64,000 nt of DNA, taken from Eledone cirrhosa. Lineage: Eukaryota. The DNA is taken from contig OZ024766.1 in NCBI GenBank assembly GCA_964016885.1, positions 5,084,001 through 5,148,000 of the forward strand, written 5' to 3'. The notes under the pieces are model-generated. The model made no database searches. It saw only the letters and a list, made by a program, of their open reading frames with translations, and was not told where the DNA came from. A program made the position numbers and the translations under genes. This document shows positions 27,688 through 42,205 of this stretch, one piece after another; the stretch's first letter is position 1; each line of letters starts with the position of its first letter.

Positions 27688-27751
27688 TATTTTATCTGAT
27701 GAAAGCGTACCAATGTTGTCTTGGTACCCTTGAAATATATATAATAAAATA
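27688..27751 (+). ncRNA. Type I hammerhead ribozyme motif, family A
   Basis: TATTTTAT-CTGATGA-AAG(C)GTACCAA[tgttgtc]TTGGTAC(C)CTT-GAAA-TATATA-TA^-ATAAAATA: 8-bp stem I, full core, short palindromic stem III, AUA cleavage triplet. Confidence 0.85.
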
Positions 27752-28443
27752 AATATGGTTTTATAAATATAGTTTCCATTTATTTTAATATCATTGAATA
27801 TTTACTCCCGTAAATTGTTGAGTGCTCTAAATCAGTTATAAACATTTATATTTGTCGGAATTCCAACAAATTAAATACAACTGCTACATATATACATATA
27901 TATATGTATGTGTGTGTGTGTGCGCCTACCTCTATCTATATACACACACACACTTTATCCCTTTCTCTCTATATATATAACTGTCTATCTCTCTCTCTCT
28001 CACACTATTACTCGCTCCCTATATACATATATAATAACTCTCGCTCTTTTACCCTCTGTATATATGTAGTCTCTCTCACTTCCTCCCTATATATTACTAT
28101 AGCCTCTTTCTTTATACAGTACTCTTACTCCCTCCCTCGCGATATATAGTATCTCTCACTCCCTCTCTCTCTCTATATATATAGTTTCTCACCCACTCCC
28201 TCTCTATATTTACTATCTCTCACTCTCAGTTTCTCACTCACTCCCTCTCTATATATAATATCTCTCACTCCCTCTCTCTCTCTATATAGTTTCTCACTCA
28301 CTCCCTCTCTCTCTATATATATATAGTTTCTCACTCACTCCCTCTCTATATGTATAGTATCTCTCACTCCCACTCTCTCTATATATATATAGTTTCTCAC
28401 TCACTCCCTCTCTATATATATAGTATCTCTCACTATTCCCTCC

Positions 28444-28491
<48 letters not shown>

Positions 28492-28569
28492 TCAATCACT
28501 ATATATAATATAAAATATATAATATAATATATATATATGTACGTGTGCTGTGTGTCAATGTATAACTAA

Positions 28570-28800
28570 CTGTTTATATCTTTCTCCATCACTCCGCCAT
28601 TAAAACTACTGCTACTTCCGGTTGCCCGATTACAAACTCTCGTTTCATTTTCACGTCAAACTCTCGTTTCCGCCTTCTGCTTTCTCATCCCCCTCCTCCC
28701 TTTCTCCAGCCGCCTGCACCTTTCTCATTGTCTTCTCTACCTCCTGTATCTACAACGGCCATTAACCGACTTCAACTTTAAATTTATGTATATTAGAAGT
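28570..28800 (-). promoter_or_regulatory. Candidate PPP4C promoter / first non-coding exon
   Basis: CpG-richer unique island between the two genes; minus strand has ETS-like CCGGAAGT (28622-28615), YY1-like TAATGGCGG (28602-28594) and a possible donor ca|gttagt at 28570. Confidence 0.45.
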
Positions 28801-28850
28801 CGGTTATACATATATATATATATATATGTATGTATATTTGTTTGTATATA

Positions 28851-28944
28851 CAGGTGTCCTCCAAAAATGTATACACATTTCAACACCATTATAAACATTG
28901 CCTGTACAGGTAATCAAAGTACGTATACATTTTTGGGGACACCC

Positions 28945-28946
<2 letters not shown>
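28851..28946. mobile_element. Tc1/mariner-type MITE; second copy at 30439-30548
   Basis: CAGG(G)TGTCC..AAAAATGTATAC ... GTATACATTTTTGGGGACACCCTG inverted ends in a TA context. Confidence 0.75.
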
Positions 28947-30430
<1,484 letters not shown>

Positions 30431-30561
30431 TGTATATACTGTGTCCTAAAACAATGTATACACATTTCAACAGCATTCTGATAAATGTTGCTTCTACTGG
30501 TAATCAAATTGTGTATACATTTTTTTTGGGGGGGGGGGGGACACCCTGTATATGTACATAT

Positions 30562-30612
30562 GTGTTCCTGATGATTTCATATGAATGAAACAGTTCCAGT
30601 CCTGTAGAAACT
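30562..30612 (+). ncRNA. Hammerhead ribozyme motif, family C, weaker stem I
   Basis: gtgTTC-CTGATGA-tTTCA[ta]TGAAt-GAA-ACAG[ttccagtc]CTGT-A^-GAAact; compensatory T-A to A-T change in stem II relative to the 49.5 kb copy. Confidence 0.68.
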
Positions 30613-30987
30613 ATTTCTCTCTCTCTATATATATATATACAATAAAGATTTCCCCTTTACAACACTTTGACAGCCTGGGGAGACTTATGTGCAGGGGCTG
30701 TGGTGTTGAAAACAAATATATATATGTGCATTGCCCTATGTACTGTACATGCACTTTTTTGATGGGTTGTGGTGCACCTGGGCACTGTACACAATATTTC
30801 ATTATTGTTATTATATCATGACTCATACACTGTTTATTTTCCTGACATTTGTACATTATTCTATGTACTATACATGCACCTTTGATGAGTTGTAGTGCAC
30901 CTGAGCACTGTACACAATAATTTCATTATTATTATTTCATTATTATTATATGTAAACATATCTAATGTTTTTTTATATATATATATA

Positions 30988-32970
30988 TCTTCTTCTTTGA
31001 CCACTTATTCCTGAGAGGGTCGTGGTGGGGACAGAGTCCTCAAACTCTCCCTCCAGCAAGTCCCGTCTGGGGCAACCATCCCCAACTGATCCAGCTGCAT
31101 CCCAAGCGAGACCAGCCAAGCTCATGGATGTTATACAACTATCTTTGCTTGGGTTCTTACCTACCTGTGGGACTCTTACCAGTTGGTTTTGCCAGTAAAA
31201 TGTCCGGTGATTCTTTCCTGAGACATTCTAACCACATGTCTGTAGTATCAGAGCTGTGGTCTCTCAACTCAGAGATTCTTTCCTGAGACATTCTAACCAC
31301 ATGTCTGTAGTATCAGAGCTGTGATCTCTCAATTCAGAGATTCTTTCCTGAGACATTCTAACCACATGTCTGTAGTATCAGAGCTGTGGTCTCTCAATTC
31401 AGAGATTCTTTCCTCAGACATTCTAACCACATGTCTGTAGTATCAGAGCTGTGATCTCTCAATCCAGAGATTCTTTCCTCAGACATTCTAACCATATGTC
31501 CGTAGTATCAGAGCTGTGATCTCTCAATCCAGAGATTCTTTCCTGAGACATTCTAACCACATGTCCATAGGATCAGAGCTGTGATCTCTCAATTCAGAGA
31601 TTCTTTCCTGTGACATTCTAACCACATGTCTGTAGTATCAGAGCTGTGGTCTCTCAATTCAGAGATTCTTTCCTGAGACATTCTAACCACATGTCTGTAG
31701 TATCAGAGCTGTGGTCTCTCAATTCAGAGATTCTTTCCTGAGACATTCTAACCACATGTCTGTAGTATCAGAGCTGTGATCTCTCTATTCAGAGATTCTT
31801 TCCTGAGACATTCTAACCACATGTCTGTAGTATCAGAGCTGTGGTCTCTCAATCCAGAGATTCTTTCCTGAGACATTCTAACCACATCGCCATAATATCA
31901 GAGCTGTGATCTCTCTATTCAGAGATTCTTTCCTGAGACATTCTAACCACATGTCCATAGTATCAGAGCTGTGATCTCTCTATTCAGAGATTCTTTCCTG
32001 AAACATTCTAACCACATGTCTGTAGTATCAGAGCTGTGATCTCTCTATTCAGAGATTCTTTCCTCAGACATTCTAACCACATGTCTGTAGTATCAGAGCT
32101 GTGATCTCTCAATTCAGAGATTCTTTCCTCAGACATTCTAACCACATGTCTGTAGTATCAGAGCTGCGGTCTCTCAACTCAGAGATTCTTTCCTGAGACA
32201 TTCTAACCCCATGTCTGTAGTATCAGAGCTGTGATCTCTCTATTCAGAGATTCTTTCCTCAGACATTCTAACCACATGTCTGTAGTATCAGAGCTGTGAT
32301 CTCTCAATTCAGTGATTCTTTCCTGAGACATTCTAACCACATGTCCATAATATCAGAGCTGTGATCTCTCAATTCAGAGATTCTTTCCTGAGACATTCTA
32401 ACCACATGTCTGTAGTATCAGAGCTGTGATCTCTCAATCCAGAGATTCTCTCCTGAGACATTCTAACCACATGTCTGTAGTATCAGAGCTGTGATCTCTC
32501 AATCCAGAGATTCTCTCCTGAGACATTCTAACCACATGTCTGTAGTATCAGAGCTGTGATCTCTCAATTCAGAGATTCTTTCCTCAGACATTCTAACCAC
32601 ATGTCTGTAGTATCAGAGCTGTGATCTCTCAATTCAGTGATTCTTTCCTGAGACATTCTAACCACATGTCTGTAGTATCAGAGCTGTGATCTCTCAATTC
32701 AGAGATTCTCTCCTGAGACATTCTAACCCCATGTCTGTAGTATCAGAGCTGTGATCTCTCAATTCAGTGATTCTTTCCTGAGACATTCTAACCACATGTC
32801 TGTAGTATCAGAGCTGTGATCTCTCAATTCAGAGATTCTCTCCTGAGACATTCTAACCACATGTCTGTAGTATCAGAGCTGTGATCTCTCAATTCAGAGA
32901 AGTAGGGGCTCTACCTGGAGTGACTCTCTCTCATCTCCAAGGTACAGACTTTATCAAGTAACGTTACTCG
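30988..32970 (-). mobile_element. Degenerate RTE LINE 3' end with a 65-bp segment amplified about 26 times (31209-32900)
   Basis: Unit reads IERSQL*YYRHVVRMSQER; 3' end CCTCTCAGGAATAAGTGG(GAA)n also seen at 7405-7430. Confidence 0.82.
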
Positions 32971-33761
32971 TTTAAAATTAATTAATTAAATAAACTAATT
33001 ATATATATATATGTTTATTTTATTAGCAAATGGTGACAGTTCATTTATTTTTCATTATTATTATTATTATCAATAATTTAAAAAAATTTTGTCCGTCTTC
33101 TCAAACTCTTTTAAAGGCTAAGGCAATGCTGGGGCACTGCCAAAACATTCAATTTTCTTTTTATTTCTCCATAACATTAAAAAAAAAAAAAGATTATTTT
33201 CAATTTCAGCATAAAATTGTTTTTTGAGGGTCGCAGGGGGAGGTGGATGATGTTGGGGGGGGGGGGGGGGTCTTTCGTTATGTATTTATATATCTTTTGG
33301 GTGGGGTGGGGTAGTTTTGGGTGAGCGTGGGATATGGGTTGGAAGTGTGTGTGTGTGGGGGGGTTTCTTCCCTTCCGTGTGTGTGTGTCTGTGGGGAGGG
33401 AACGGGGAGGGGGTTTCTTCCATTCCAAGTGTATGTGTGTGTTTTTTAAAGAATCGGTAGGGTGTCCTGCTATGTGCAAGGTTTAAACCCTTCCCTTGTC
33501 ACGCCAAACATGCTTTAGATGGGGGCACTGGGTCTAAAGTTTCTGTTGGTAGATAGACAGAGATAGGGAGAGAGAGAGAGAGATAGATAGATAGATAGAT
33601 AGATAGACAGACAGATAGGGAGAGAGAGAGAGAGAGAGAGAGACTGATAGCTAGAGAGAGATAGACAGACAGAGATAGACAGACAGAGACAGATATATAT
33701 AAATATATATATAACAAAGGAATTGTGGTAAGGAACCAGAGAGAGAGAGAGAGATATAGAG

Positions 33762-33794
<33 letters not shown>

Positions 33795-34031
33795 TAGATA
33801 TATAGAGATAGAGAGAAAGAGATATATAGAGATAGAGAGAGAGATAGATAGAGATATATAGATAGAGAGAGAGATAGATATATATAGATATATATATATA
33901 TAGAGAGAGAGAGAGATAGAGATAGATAGAGAGATAGATATATATAGAGAGAGATATATAGAGATAGATATATATATATATAGAGAGAGATATATAGAGA
34001 TAGATATATATATATATAGAGAGAGATATAT

Positions 34032-34092
<61 letters not shown>

Positions 34093-34380
34093 TATATAGA
34101 GGTGTATACAGATAGAGTGAAGTAGATAGACAGACAGACAGACAGACAGATAGATAGAGAGACAGACAGATAGAGAGATATATAGTTAGATATAGATAGA
34201 TACATCCAGACAGACAGACGAGAGACAGGCAGACAGGCAGACATATATATATTGATAGATAGAAAAAAATAGAAAGATAGCTAGGCAGATAGTTATGTAG
34301 ATAGAATGTATCCAGTTTTAGAATAGCTGCCCCCCTATCATTTGTGTGTGTTGTAAGGGGGCAGCTAATAAAACGACTAG

Positions 34381-34412
<32 letters not shown>

Positions 34413-34622
34413 GTTGAGAGGGAGGTGGAGGGTGGGGTGGGGGTGGAACCAGAAAGATACATCTGGATATAAAACATTGCCTCGTGGGGTTCGGGCGGAT
34501 GGGCAATCGATGATCGATCGGTCGGTCGGTGGGTGGGTGGGGCATGGGGAAGGAGAAGGAGGGAGGGGGTGTCAGGGTTTTGTAGGGGGTGTAGGCACTG
34601 CCCCTCCCCCCCATATAATTCG

Positions 34623-34679
34623 TTAGCTGAAGTCCGTTTCTGACCAGTTGCTTTCCACATCGCTGCCTTCCAAGTCCCC
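34623..34679 (-). CDS. ANAPC7: ANAPC7 last exon (GDLEGSDVESNWSETDFS*)
   Basis: GDLEGSDxE...W matches the human C-terminus; TAA at 34625-34623; summed CDS 1686 nt = 561 aa. Confidence 0.92.
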   Translation of the reverse strand, partial: GDLEGSDVESNWSETDFS

Positions 34680-35309
34680 CTGTTAAAATAAAATAAAATA
34701 AAATAAAATAAATATATCATCATCCTCATTTCATTTCACGTTCACTTTTCCCTGCTTGCAAGGGTGGGACGGGAACTGATTCTGGCTTGATTTCTACAGC
34801 TGGATGCCCTTCCTAACACCAACCTTATTTACAGAGAGTGCTGGGTGCTTTTTTGCCGTGGCACCTCCACGACCACTTTGCAGTGGAATGATAGGGACCC
34901 CGGTCCCTATCATCTCATTTGTACAGCTGGATGCCCTTCCTAACACCAACCTCATTTACAGTGAGTGCTGGGTGCTTTTTTGCCGTGGCACCTCCACGAC
35001 CACTTTGCAGTGGAATGATAGAGACCCCAGTCCCTATCATCTCATTTCTACAGCTGAGTAAACTGGAGCAATGTGAAATAAAGTGTCTTGCTCAAGGAAA
35101 CAACACATCACCCGGTCTGAGAATTGAACTCACAATCTTTCGATTGCAAGGCCAATGCTCTAACCACTAAGCCATGTGCCTCCATATATATATATATATA
35201 TTAAATTCCGACCTCAAACACTTACACCTCTCCAAGACAATGTCACTGGACCAAGATCTTGGCGTTACGCAGTAATACAGAAAAGCCGCCTTGCCTAAGT
35301 TCAAAGCGA

Positions 35310-37430
35310 AACCTACAGTCAGTAGGCACCTCTTAACAAAATACACCCCCGTCTCACTACCCCTACCGCCATCTACACCACCCCTTTCTCTGTAAAGTTA
35401 TGTTGGTACCACAACATCCAGTCCTAAATAAATGAGGTGTAGGTGTCACGGCAAAAAAAACACACAGTCCATGCTCTAATGTGGCCGTGTAGGTAACACG
35501 GTAAATACCTCCCAGTCCACACTGTAATGTGGCCGTGTAGGTAACATGGTAAAAACCTCCCAGTCCACACTGTAATGTGGTCATGTAGGTAACACGGTAA
35601 AAACCTTCCAGTCCACACTGTAATGTGGTCATGTAGGTAACACGGTAAAAACCTCCCAGCCCACACTGTAATGTGGTCATGTAGGTAACACGGTAAAAAC
35701 CTCCCAGTCCACACTGTAATGTGGCCGTGTAGGTAACATGGTAAAAACCTCCCAGTCCACACTGTAATGTGGCCGTGTAGGTAACACGGTAAAAACCTCC
35801 CAGTCCACACTGTAATGTGGCCGTGTAGGTAACACGGTAAATAACTCCCAGTCCACACTGTAATGTGGCCGTGTAGGTAACACGGTAAATAACTCCCAGT
35901 CCACACTGTAATGTGGCCGTGTAGGTAACACGGTAAATAACTCCCAGTCCACACTGTAATGTGGCCGTGTAGGTAACACGGTAAATACCTCCCAGCGCAC
36001 ACTGTAATGTGGCCGTGTAGGTAACACGGTAAAAAGCTCCCAGTCCACGCTGTAATGTGGCCGTGTAGGTAACACGGTAAATACCTCCCAGTCCACACTG
36101 TAATGTGGTAGTGTAGGTAACACGGTAAAAAGCTCCCAGTCCACACTGTAATGTGGCCGTGTAGGTAACACGGTAAATACCTCCCAGTCCACACTATAAT
36201 GTGGCCGTGTAGGTAACACGGTAAATACCTCCCAGTCCACACTGTAATGTGGCCGTGTAGGTAACACGGTAAAAACCTCCCAGTCCACACTGTAAAGTAG
36301 CCTTGTAGGTAACACAGTAAAAACCTCCCAGTCCACACTGTAATGTGGCCATGTAGGTAACACGGTAAATACCTCCCAGTCCACACTGTAATGTGGCCGT
36401 GTAGGTAACACGGTAAATACCTCCCAGTCCACACTGTAATGTGGCCGTGTAGGTAACACGGTAAATACCTCCCAGCCCACACTGTAAAGTAGCCGTGTAG
36501 GTAACACGGTACATACCTCCCAGCCCACACTGTAATGTGGTAGTGTAGGTAACACGGTAAAAAGCTCCCAGTCCACGCTGTAATGTGGCCGTGTAGGTAA
36601 CACGGTAAATACCTCCCAGTCCACACTGTAATGTGGTAGTGTAGGTAACACGGTAAATAACTCCCAGTCCACACTGTAATGTGGCCGTGTAGGTAACACG
36701 GTAAATACCTCCCAGTCCACGCTGTAATGTGGCCGTGTAGGTAACACGGTAAATACCTCCCAGTCCACGCTGTAATGTGGCCGTGTAGGTAACACGGTAA
36801 ATACCTCCCAGCCCACACTGTAATGTAGCCGTGTAGGTAACACGGTAAATAACTCCCAGTCCACACTGTAATGTGGCCGTGTAGGTAACACGGTAAATAC
36901 CTCCCAGCCCACACTGTAATGTGGCCGTGTATGTAACACGGTAAATACCTCCCAGCCCACACTGTAATGTGGCCGTGTAGGTAACATGGTAAATACCTCC
37001 CAGTCCACACTGTAATGTGGCCGTGTAGGTAACACGGTAAAAAGCTCCCAGTCCACACTGTAATGTGGCCGTGTAGGTAACACGGTAAATACCTCCCAGT
37101 CCACACTGTAATGTGGCCGTGTAGGTAACACGGTAAAAACCTCCCAGTCCACACTGTAATGTGGCCGTGTAGGTAAAACGGTAAATACCTCCCAGTCCAC
37201 GCTGTAAAGTAGCCGTGTAGGTAACACGGTAAAAACCTCCCAGTCCACGCTGTAATGTGGCCGTGTAGGTAACACGGTAAAAACCTCCCAGTCCACGCTG
37301 TAATGTGGCCGTGTAGGGAACACGGTAAATACCTCCCAGTCCACACTGTAATGTGGCCGTGTAGGTAACACGGTAAAAACACCCAGTTCCACACTGTAAA
37401 CGTAGTTGGTGTTAGGGTTAGGGTTAGGAA
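35310..37430 (+). repeat. 48-bp minisatellite (about 40 copies, 35465-37400) inside a SINE A-related element; low-copy relative at 19105-19470(-)
   Basis: Unit CACTGTAATGTGGCCGTGTAGGTAACACGGTAAATACCTCCCAGTCCA; flanks match 19230-19470 inverted. Confidence 0.92.
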
Positions 37431-37472
37431 AGAAAATCAAGTCACAGTTCTGTGTGAGTAAGACATGTTCAC

Positions 37473-39617
37473 TTAACCCTTTATCATTTAAACCGGCCAT
37501 ATCCGGCTGGAACTCTCTCACCTCTTTCTGTTCAAACTGGCCATAACCGGCTGCTTATACTGATGTTAAGGTATTGTTCTCAAAATAAATAATATCGAAA
37601 TCTCATCGATTCGATATTATGTGAGGTAAAGCCTTTACTGTGACAATACAATAGTATATATAGGGTAATGTAAATGTTATGTGAGATATGTGAGGTAAAG
37701 CCTTTACTGTGACAATACAATAGTATATATAGAGTAATGTAAATGTTATGTGAGGTATTATGTGAGGTAAAGCCTTTACTGTGACAATACAATAGTATAT
37801 ATAGAGTAATGTAAATGTTATGTGAGATATTATGTGAGGTGAAGCCTTTACTGTGAAAATACAATAGTATATATAGAGTAATGTAGATGTTATGTGAGAT
37901 ATTATGTGAGGTAAAGCCTTTACTGTGACAATACAATAGTATATATAGAGTAATGTAAATGTTATGTGAGATATTATGTGAGGTAAAGCCTTTACTGTGA
38001 AAATACAATAGTATATATAGAGTAATGTAGATGTTATGTGAGATATTATGTGAGGTAAAGCCTTTACTGTGACAATACAATAGTATATATAGAGTAATGT
38101 AAATGTTATGTGAGGTATTATGTGAGGTAAAGCCTTTACTGTGACAATACAATAGTATATATAGAGTAATGTAAATGTTATGTGAGATATTATGTGAGGT
38201 GAAGCCTTTACTGTGAAAATACAATAGTATATATAGAGTAATGTAGATGTTATGTGAGATATTATGTGAGGTAAAGCCTTTACTGTGACAATACAATAGT
38301 ATATATAGAGTAATGTAAATGTTATGTGAGATATTATGTGAGGTAAAGCCTTTACTGTGAAAATACAATAGTATATATAGAGTAATGTAGATGTTATGTG
38401 AGATATTATGTGAGGTAAAGCCTTTACTGTGACAATACAATAGTATATATAGAGTAATGTAAATGTTATGTGAGGTATTATGTGAGGTAAAGCCTTTACT
38501 GTGAAAATACAATAGTATATATAGAGTAATGTAAATGTTATGTGAGATATTATGTGAGGTAAAGCCTTTACTGTGAAAATACAATAGTATATATAGAGTA
38601 ATGTAAATGTTATGTGAGATATTATGTGAGGTAAAGCCTTTACTGTGAAAATACAATAGTATATATAGAGTAATGTAAATGTTATGTGAGATATTATGTG
38701 AGGTAAAGCCTTTACTGTGAAAATACAATAGTATATATAGAGTAATGTAAATGTTATGTGAGATATTATGTGAGGTAAAGCCTTTACTGTGAAAATACAA
38801 TAGTATATATAGAGTAATGTAAATGTTATGTGAGGTATTATGTGAGGTAAAGCCTTTACTGTGACAATACAATAGTATATATAGAGTAATGTAAATGTTA
38901 TGTGAGGTAAAGCCTTTACTGTGACAATACAATAGTATATATAGAGTAATGTAAATGTTATGTGAGATATTATGTGAGGTAAAGCCTTTACTGTGACAAT
39001 ACAATAGTATATATAGAGTAATGTAAATGTTATGTGAGATATTATGTGAGGTAAAGCCTTTACTGTGAAAATACAATAGTATATATAGAGTAATGTAAAT
39101 GTTATGTGAGGTATTATGTGAGGTAAAGCCTTTACTGTGAAAATACAATAGTATATATAGAGTAATGTAAATGTTATGTGAGATATTATGTGAGGTAAAG
39201 CCTTTACTGTGACAATACAATAGTATATATAGAGTAATGTAAATGTTATGTGAGATATTATGTGAGGTAAAGCCTTTACTGTGAAAATACAATAGTATAT
39301 ATAGAGTAATGTAAATGTTATGTGAGATATTATGTGAGGTAAAGCCTTTACTGTGACAATACAATAGTATATATAGAGTAATGTAAATGTTATGTGAGAT
39401 ATTATGTGAGGTAAAGCCTTTACTGTGGCAATACAATAGTATATATAGAGTAATGTAAATGTTATGTGAGATATTATGTGAGGTAAAGCCTTTACTGTGA
39501 CAATACAATAGTATATATAGAGTAATGTAAATGTTATGTGAGATATTATGTAAGGTAAAGCCTTTACTGTGACAATACAATAGTATATATAGAGTAATGT
39601 AAATGCTAAAGGGTTAA
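37473..39617. mobile_element. TTAA-flanked non-autonomous DNA transposon (piggyBac-like ends) swollen by a 72-bp internal array (about 27 copies)
   Basis: TTAA|CCCTTTATCATTTA ... TAAATGCTAAAGGG|TTAA terminal inverted repeats. Confidence 0.8.
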
Positions 39618-39694
39618 TCTGGCTTATCTCTGATGGTGGTGATGACAATGACACTGATGATGGCCAGTGGACCAAACGAATGTACAGGACTTAC

Positions 39695-39830
39695 CAGTGG
39701 ATTGTTGACATCATTATCACTACCCTCCATATCCTCCACCTCCATATCATATGACCCCTCAAGGCCGTTGTCAGTTTGTTTCTCAATCCTTTGGATGCCC
39801 TCTTTTGCTGGTAAATTAGCCGGATCCATC
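39695..39830 (-). CDS. ANAPC7: ANAPC7 exon 16 (MDPANLPAKEGIQRIEKQTDNGLEGSYDMEVEDMEGSDNDVNNPL)
   Basis: Similar to human LDPNDQKSLEGMQKMEK...DDMEGS; tacag| and |gtaagt. Confidence 0.9.
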
Positions 39831-39899
39831 CTGTAAGGAAGGGGCCAGAAAAAATAATAATATAGAATAAAATTAAATTTAAAAATTAATATTTTTAAT

Positions 39900-40885
39900 A
39901 GTGGCTCTACTTAGAGTGTCTCCCTGATCTCTGAGTTTAAACATTATTGAGTAATGATACTCCACAGAGCCTTCAGAGGAAGTCCATTTTGGCCGCGTGT
40001 ACCCTAACCCCATGTCTGTAACATTGGAGATGTGATCACTGGATCAGATTCAGGAGATCTCTGATCTCTGAGGTACACACTATCAAGTAATGTTATCCCA
40101 AAGACCCTTCAGAGGTACCCCATTTCAGTTTATTGTATTCTGACCACATAGAGTGACTCCCTGATCTCTGAGTTTAAACATTATTGAGTAATGTTACTCC
40201 ACAGAGCCTTCAGAGGAAGTCCATTTTGGCAGCTTGTACCCTAACCCCATGTCTGTAACATTGGAGATGTGATCACTGGATCAGATTCAGGAGATCTCTG
40301 ATCTCTGAGGTACACACTATCAAGTAATGTTATCCCAAAGACCCTTCAGAGGTACCCCATTTCAGTTTATTGTATTCTGACCACATAGAGTGACTCCCTG
40401 ATCTCTGAGTTTAAACATTATTGAGTAATGTTACTCCACAGACCCTTCAGAGGAAGTCCACTTTGGCAGCTTGTACCCTAACCCCATGTCTGTAACATTG
40501 GAGATGTGATCACTGGATCAGATTCAGGAGATCTCTGAGGTACACACTATCAAGTAATGTTATCTCAAAGACCCTTCAGAGGTACCCCATTTCAGTTTAT
40601 TGTATTCTGACCACATAGAGTGTCTCCCCGATCTCTGAGCAACATACTTCCTTCATCATAACAAAGCTATGATCTCTGAATTCGGAGAAGTAGTGGCTCC
40701 CCCTGGAGTGACTCCCTCATCTCTCAGTTACGCATTTTTTTTTATCAAATAATGTTACTCCAAAAAAGACTTTGGGGGAACCTCATTTTGGCTGCTTGTA
40801 CCCTAACCTCATGTCTGTAATATCAGAGGTGTGATCTCTGAGAAATAATGGCTCTACCTGGAGAGACTTTCTGATCGCTGAGCTA
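39900..40885 (-). repeat. ~237-bp tandem repeat (about 3 copies) of scrambled RTE ORF pieces
   Basis: Minus strand reads RVQAAKMDFL*RLCGVTLLN and QCYRHGVRV, similar to the RTE xQAAEMxFLRR..GVTxLD / RWxGHVxR region. Confidence 0.7.
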
Positions 40886-40981
40886 TATATATCATCATCA
40901 TCATCATCATTATCGTTTAACGTCCATCTTCCACGCTTGCATGGGTTTGGACAGGATATATATATATATATACATATATAT

Positions 40982-42010
40982 GAGGCACATGGCTTAGTGT
41001 TTAGAGCATTGGCCTTGCAATCGAATGGTTGAGTTCAATTCTCAGACCGGGTGATGTGTTGTTTCCTTGAGCAAGACACTTTATTTCACATTGCTCCAGT
41101 TTAATCAGCTGTAGAAATGAGATGATAGGAACTGGGGTCCCTATCATTCCACTGTAAAGTGGTCGTGGAGGTGCCACGGCAAGAAAGCACCCAGCCCACA
41201 CTGTAAAGTGGACATGGAGGTGCCACGGCAAGAAAGCACCCAGCCCACACTGTAAAGTGGACATGGAGGTGCCACGGCAAGAAAGCACCCAGCCCACACT
41301 GTAAAGTGGTCGTGGAGTTGCCACGGCAAGAAAGCACCCAGCCCACACTGTAAAGTGGACATGGAGGTGCCACGGCAAGAAAGCACCCAGCCCACACTGT
41401 AAAGTGGACATGGAGGTGCCACGGCAAGAAAGCACCCAGCCCACACTGTAAAGTGGTCGTGGAGGTGCCACGGCAAGAAAGCACCCAGCCCACACTGTAA
41501 AGTGGTCGTGGAGGTGCCACGGCAAGAAAGCACCCAGCCCACACTGTAAAGTGGACGTGGAGGTGCCACGGCAAGAAAGCACCCAGCCCACACTGTAAAG
41601 TGGTCGTGGAGGTGCCACGGCAAGAAAGCACCCAGCCCACACTGTAAAGTGGATGTGGAGGTGCCACGGCAAGAAAGCACCCAGCACTCACTGTAAAGTG
41701 GACGTGGAGGTGCCACGGCAAGAAAGCACCCAGCCCACACTGTAAAGTGGACGTGGAGGTGCCACGGCAAGAAAGCACCCAGCCCACACTGTAAAGTGGT
41801 CGTGGAGGTGCCATGGCAAAGAAAGGCACCCAGCACTCACTGTAAATGAGGTTGGTGTTAGGAAGGGCTTCCAGCTGTAGAAATCAAGCCAGAATCAGTT
41901 CCTGTATGAGCAAGACATGGTCAGCCGACCGGACACTGCCCACAACAGGACAACCCGTCTAACCCATGCTAACGTGGAGGAATGGACATAAAACGGTGAT
42001 GATGATGATA
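40982..42010 (+). mobile_element. Full-length SINE A with a 49-bp internal array (about 14 copies, 41150-41830) and (GAT)n tail
   Basis: Head gaggcacatggcttagtg, CCTTGAGCAAGACACTT central domain, array, 3' tail. Confidence 0.9.
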
Positions 42011-42088
42011 TATATATAGAGAGAGAGATGGTATCTAGTAAAGTCAACTAGCCAGTGGCTACAAAGAAGAGAAGTGACATAGTGTTAC

Positions 42089-42205
42089 CTGAGAGCAATG
42101 CTGTAGTGGTTGACAGCCTCCAGCGCTTCGTTGGTCTGTGAGAGGAGGTCCCCGAGCATTTGGTGAAGATGACAGGTGTTGTGGTGTACTAGTGTCTTGC
42201 GAAGT
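42089..42205 (-). CDS. ANAPC7: ANAPC7 exon 15 (LRKTLVHHNTCHLHQMLGDLLSQTNEALEAVNHYSIALR)
   Basis: LHxxLGD...YSIAL motif; cccag| and |gtaaca. Confidence 0.94.

Noticed and set aside
28590-28600. ATG GCG GAG (MAE) on the minus strand resembling the human PP4C start
   Set aside because: Immediately followed by TGA; the real start MTEYSDLDR is at 15512. At most a YY1 site or tiny uORF
39614-39694. ORF read-through of ANAPC7 exon 16 to TAA at 39614 as the true C-terminus
   Set aside because: A strong gtaagt donor at 39694 and a conserved GDLEGSD terminal exon at 34623-34679 fit better; the stop is just the MITE's TTAA
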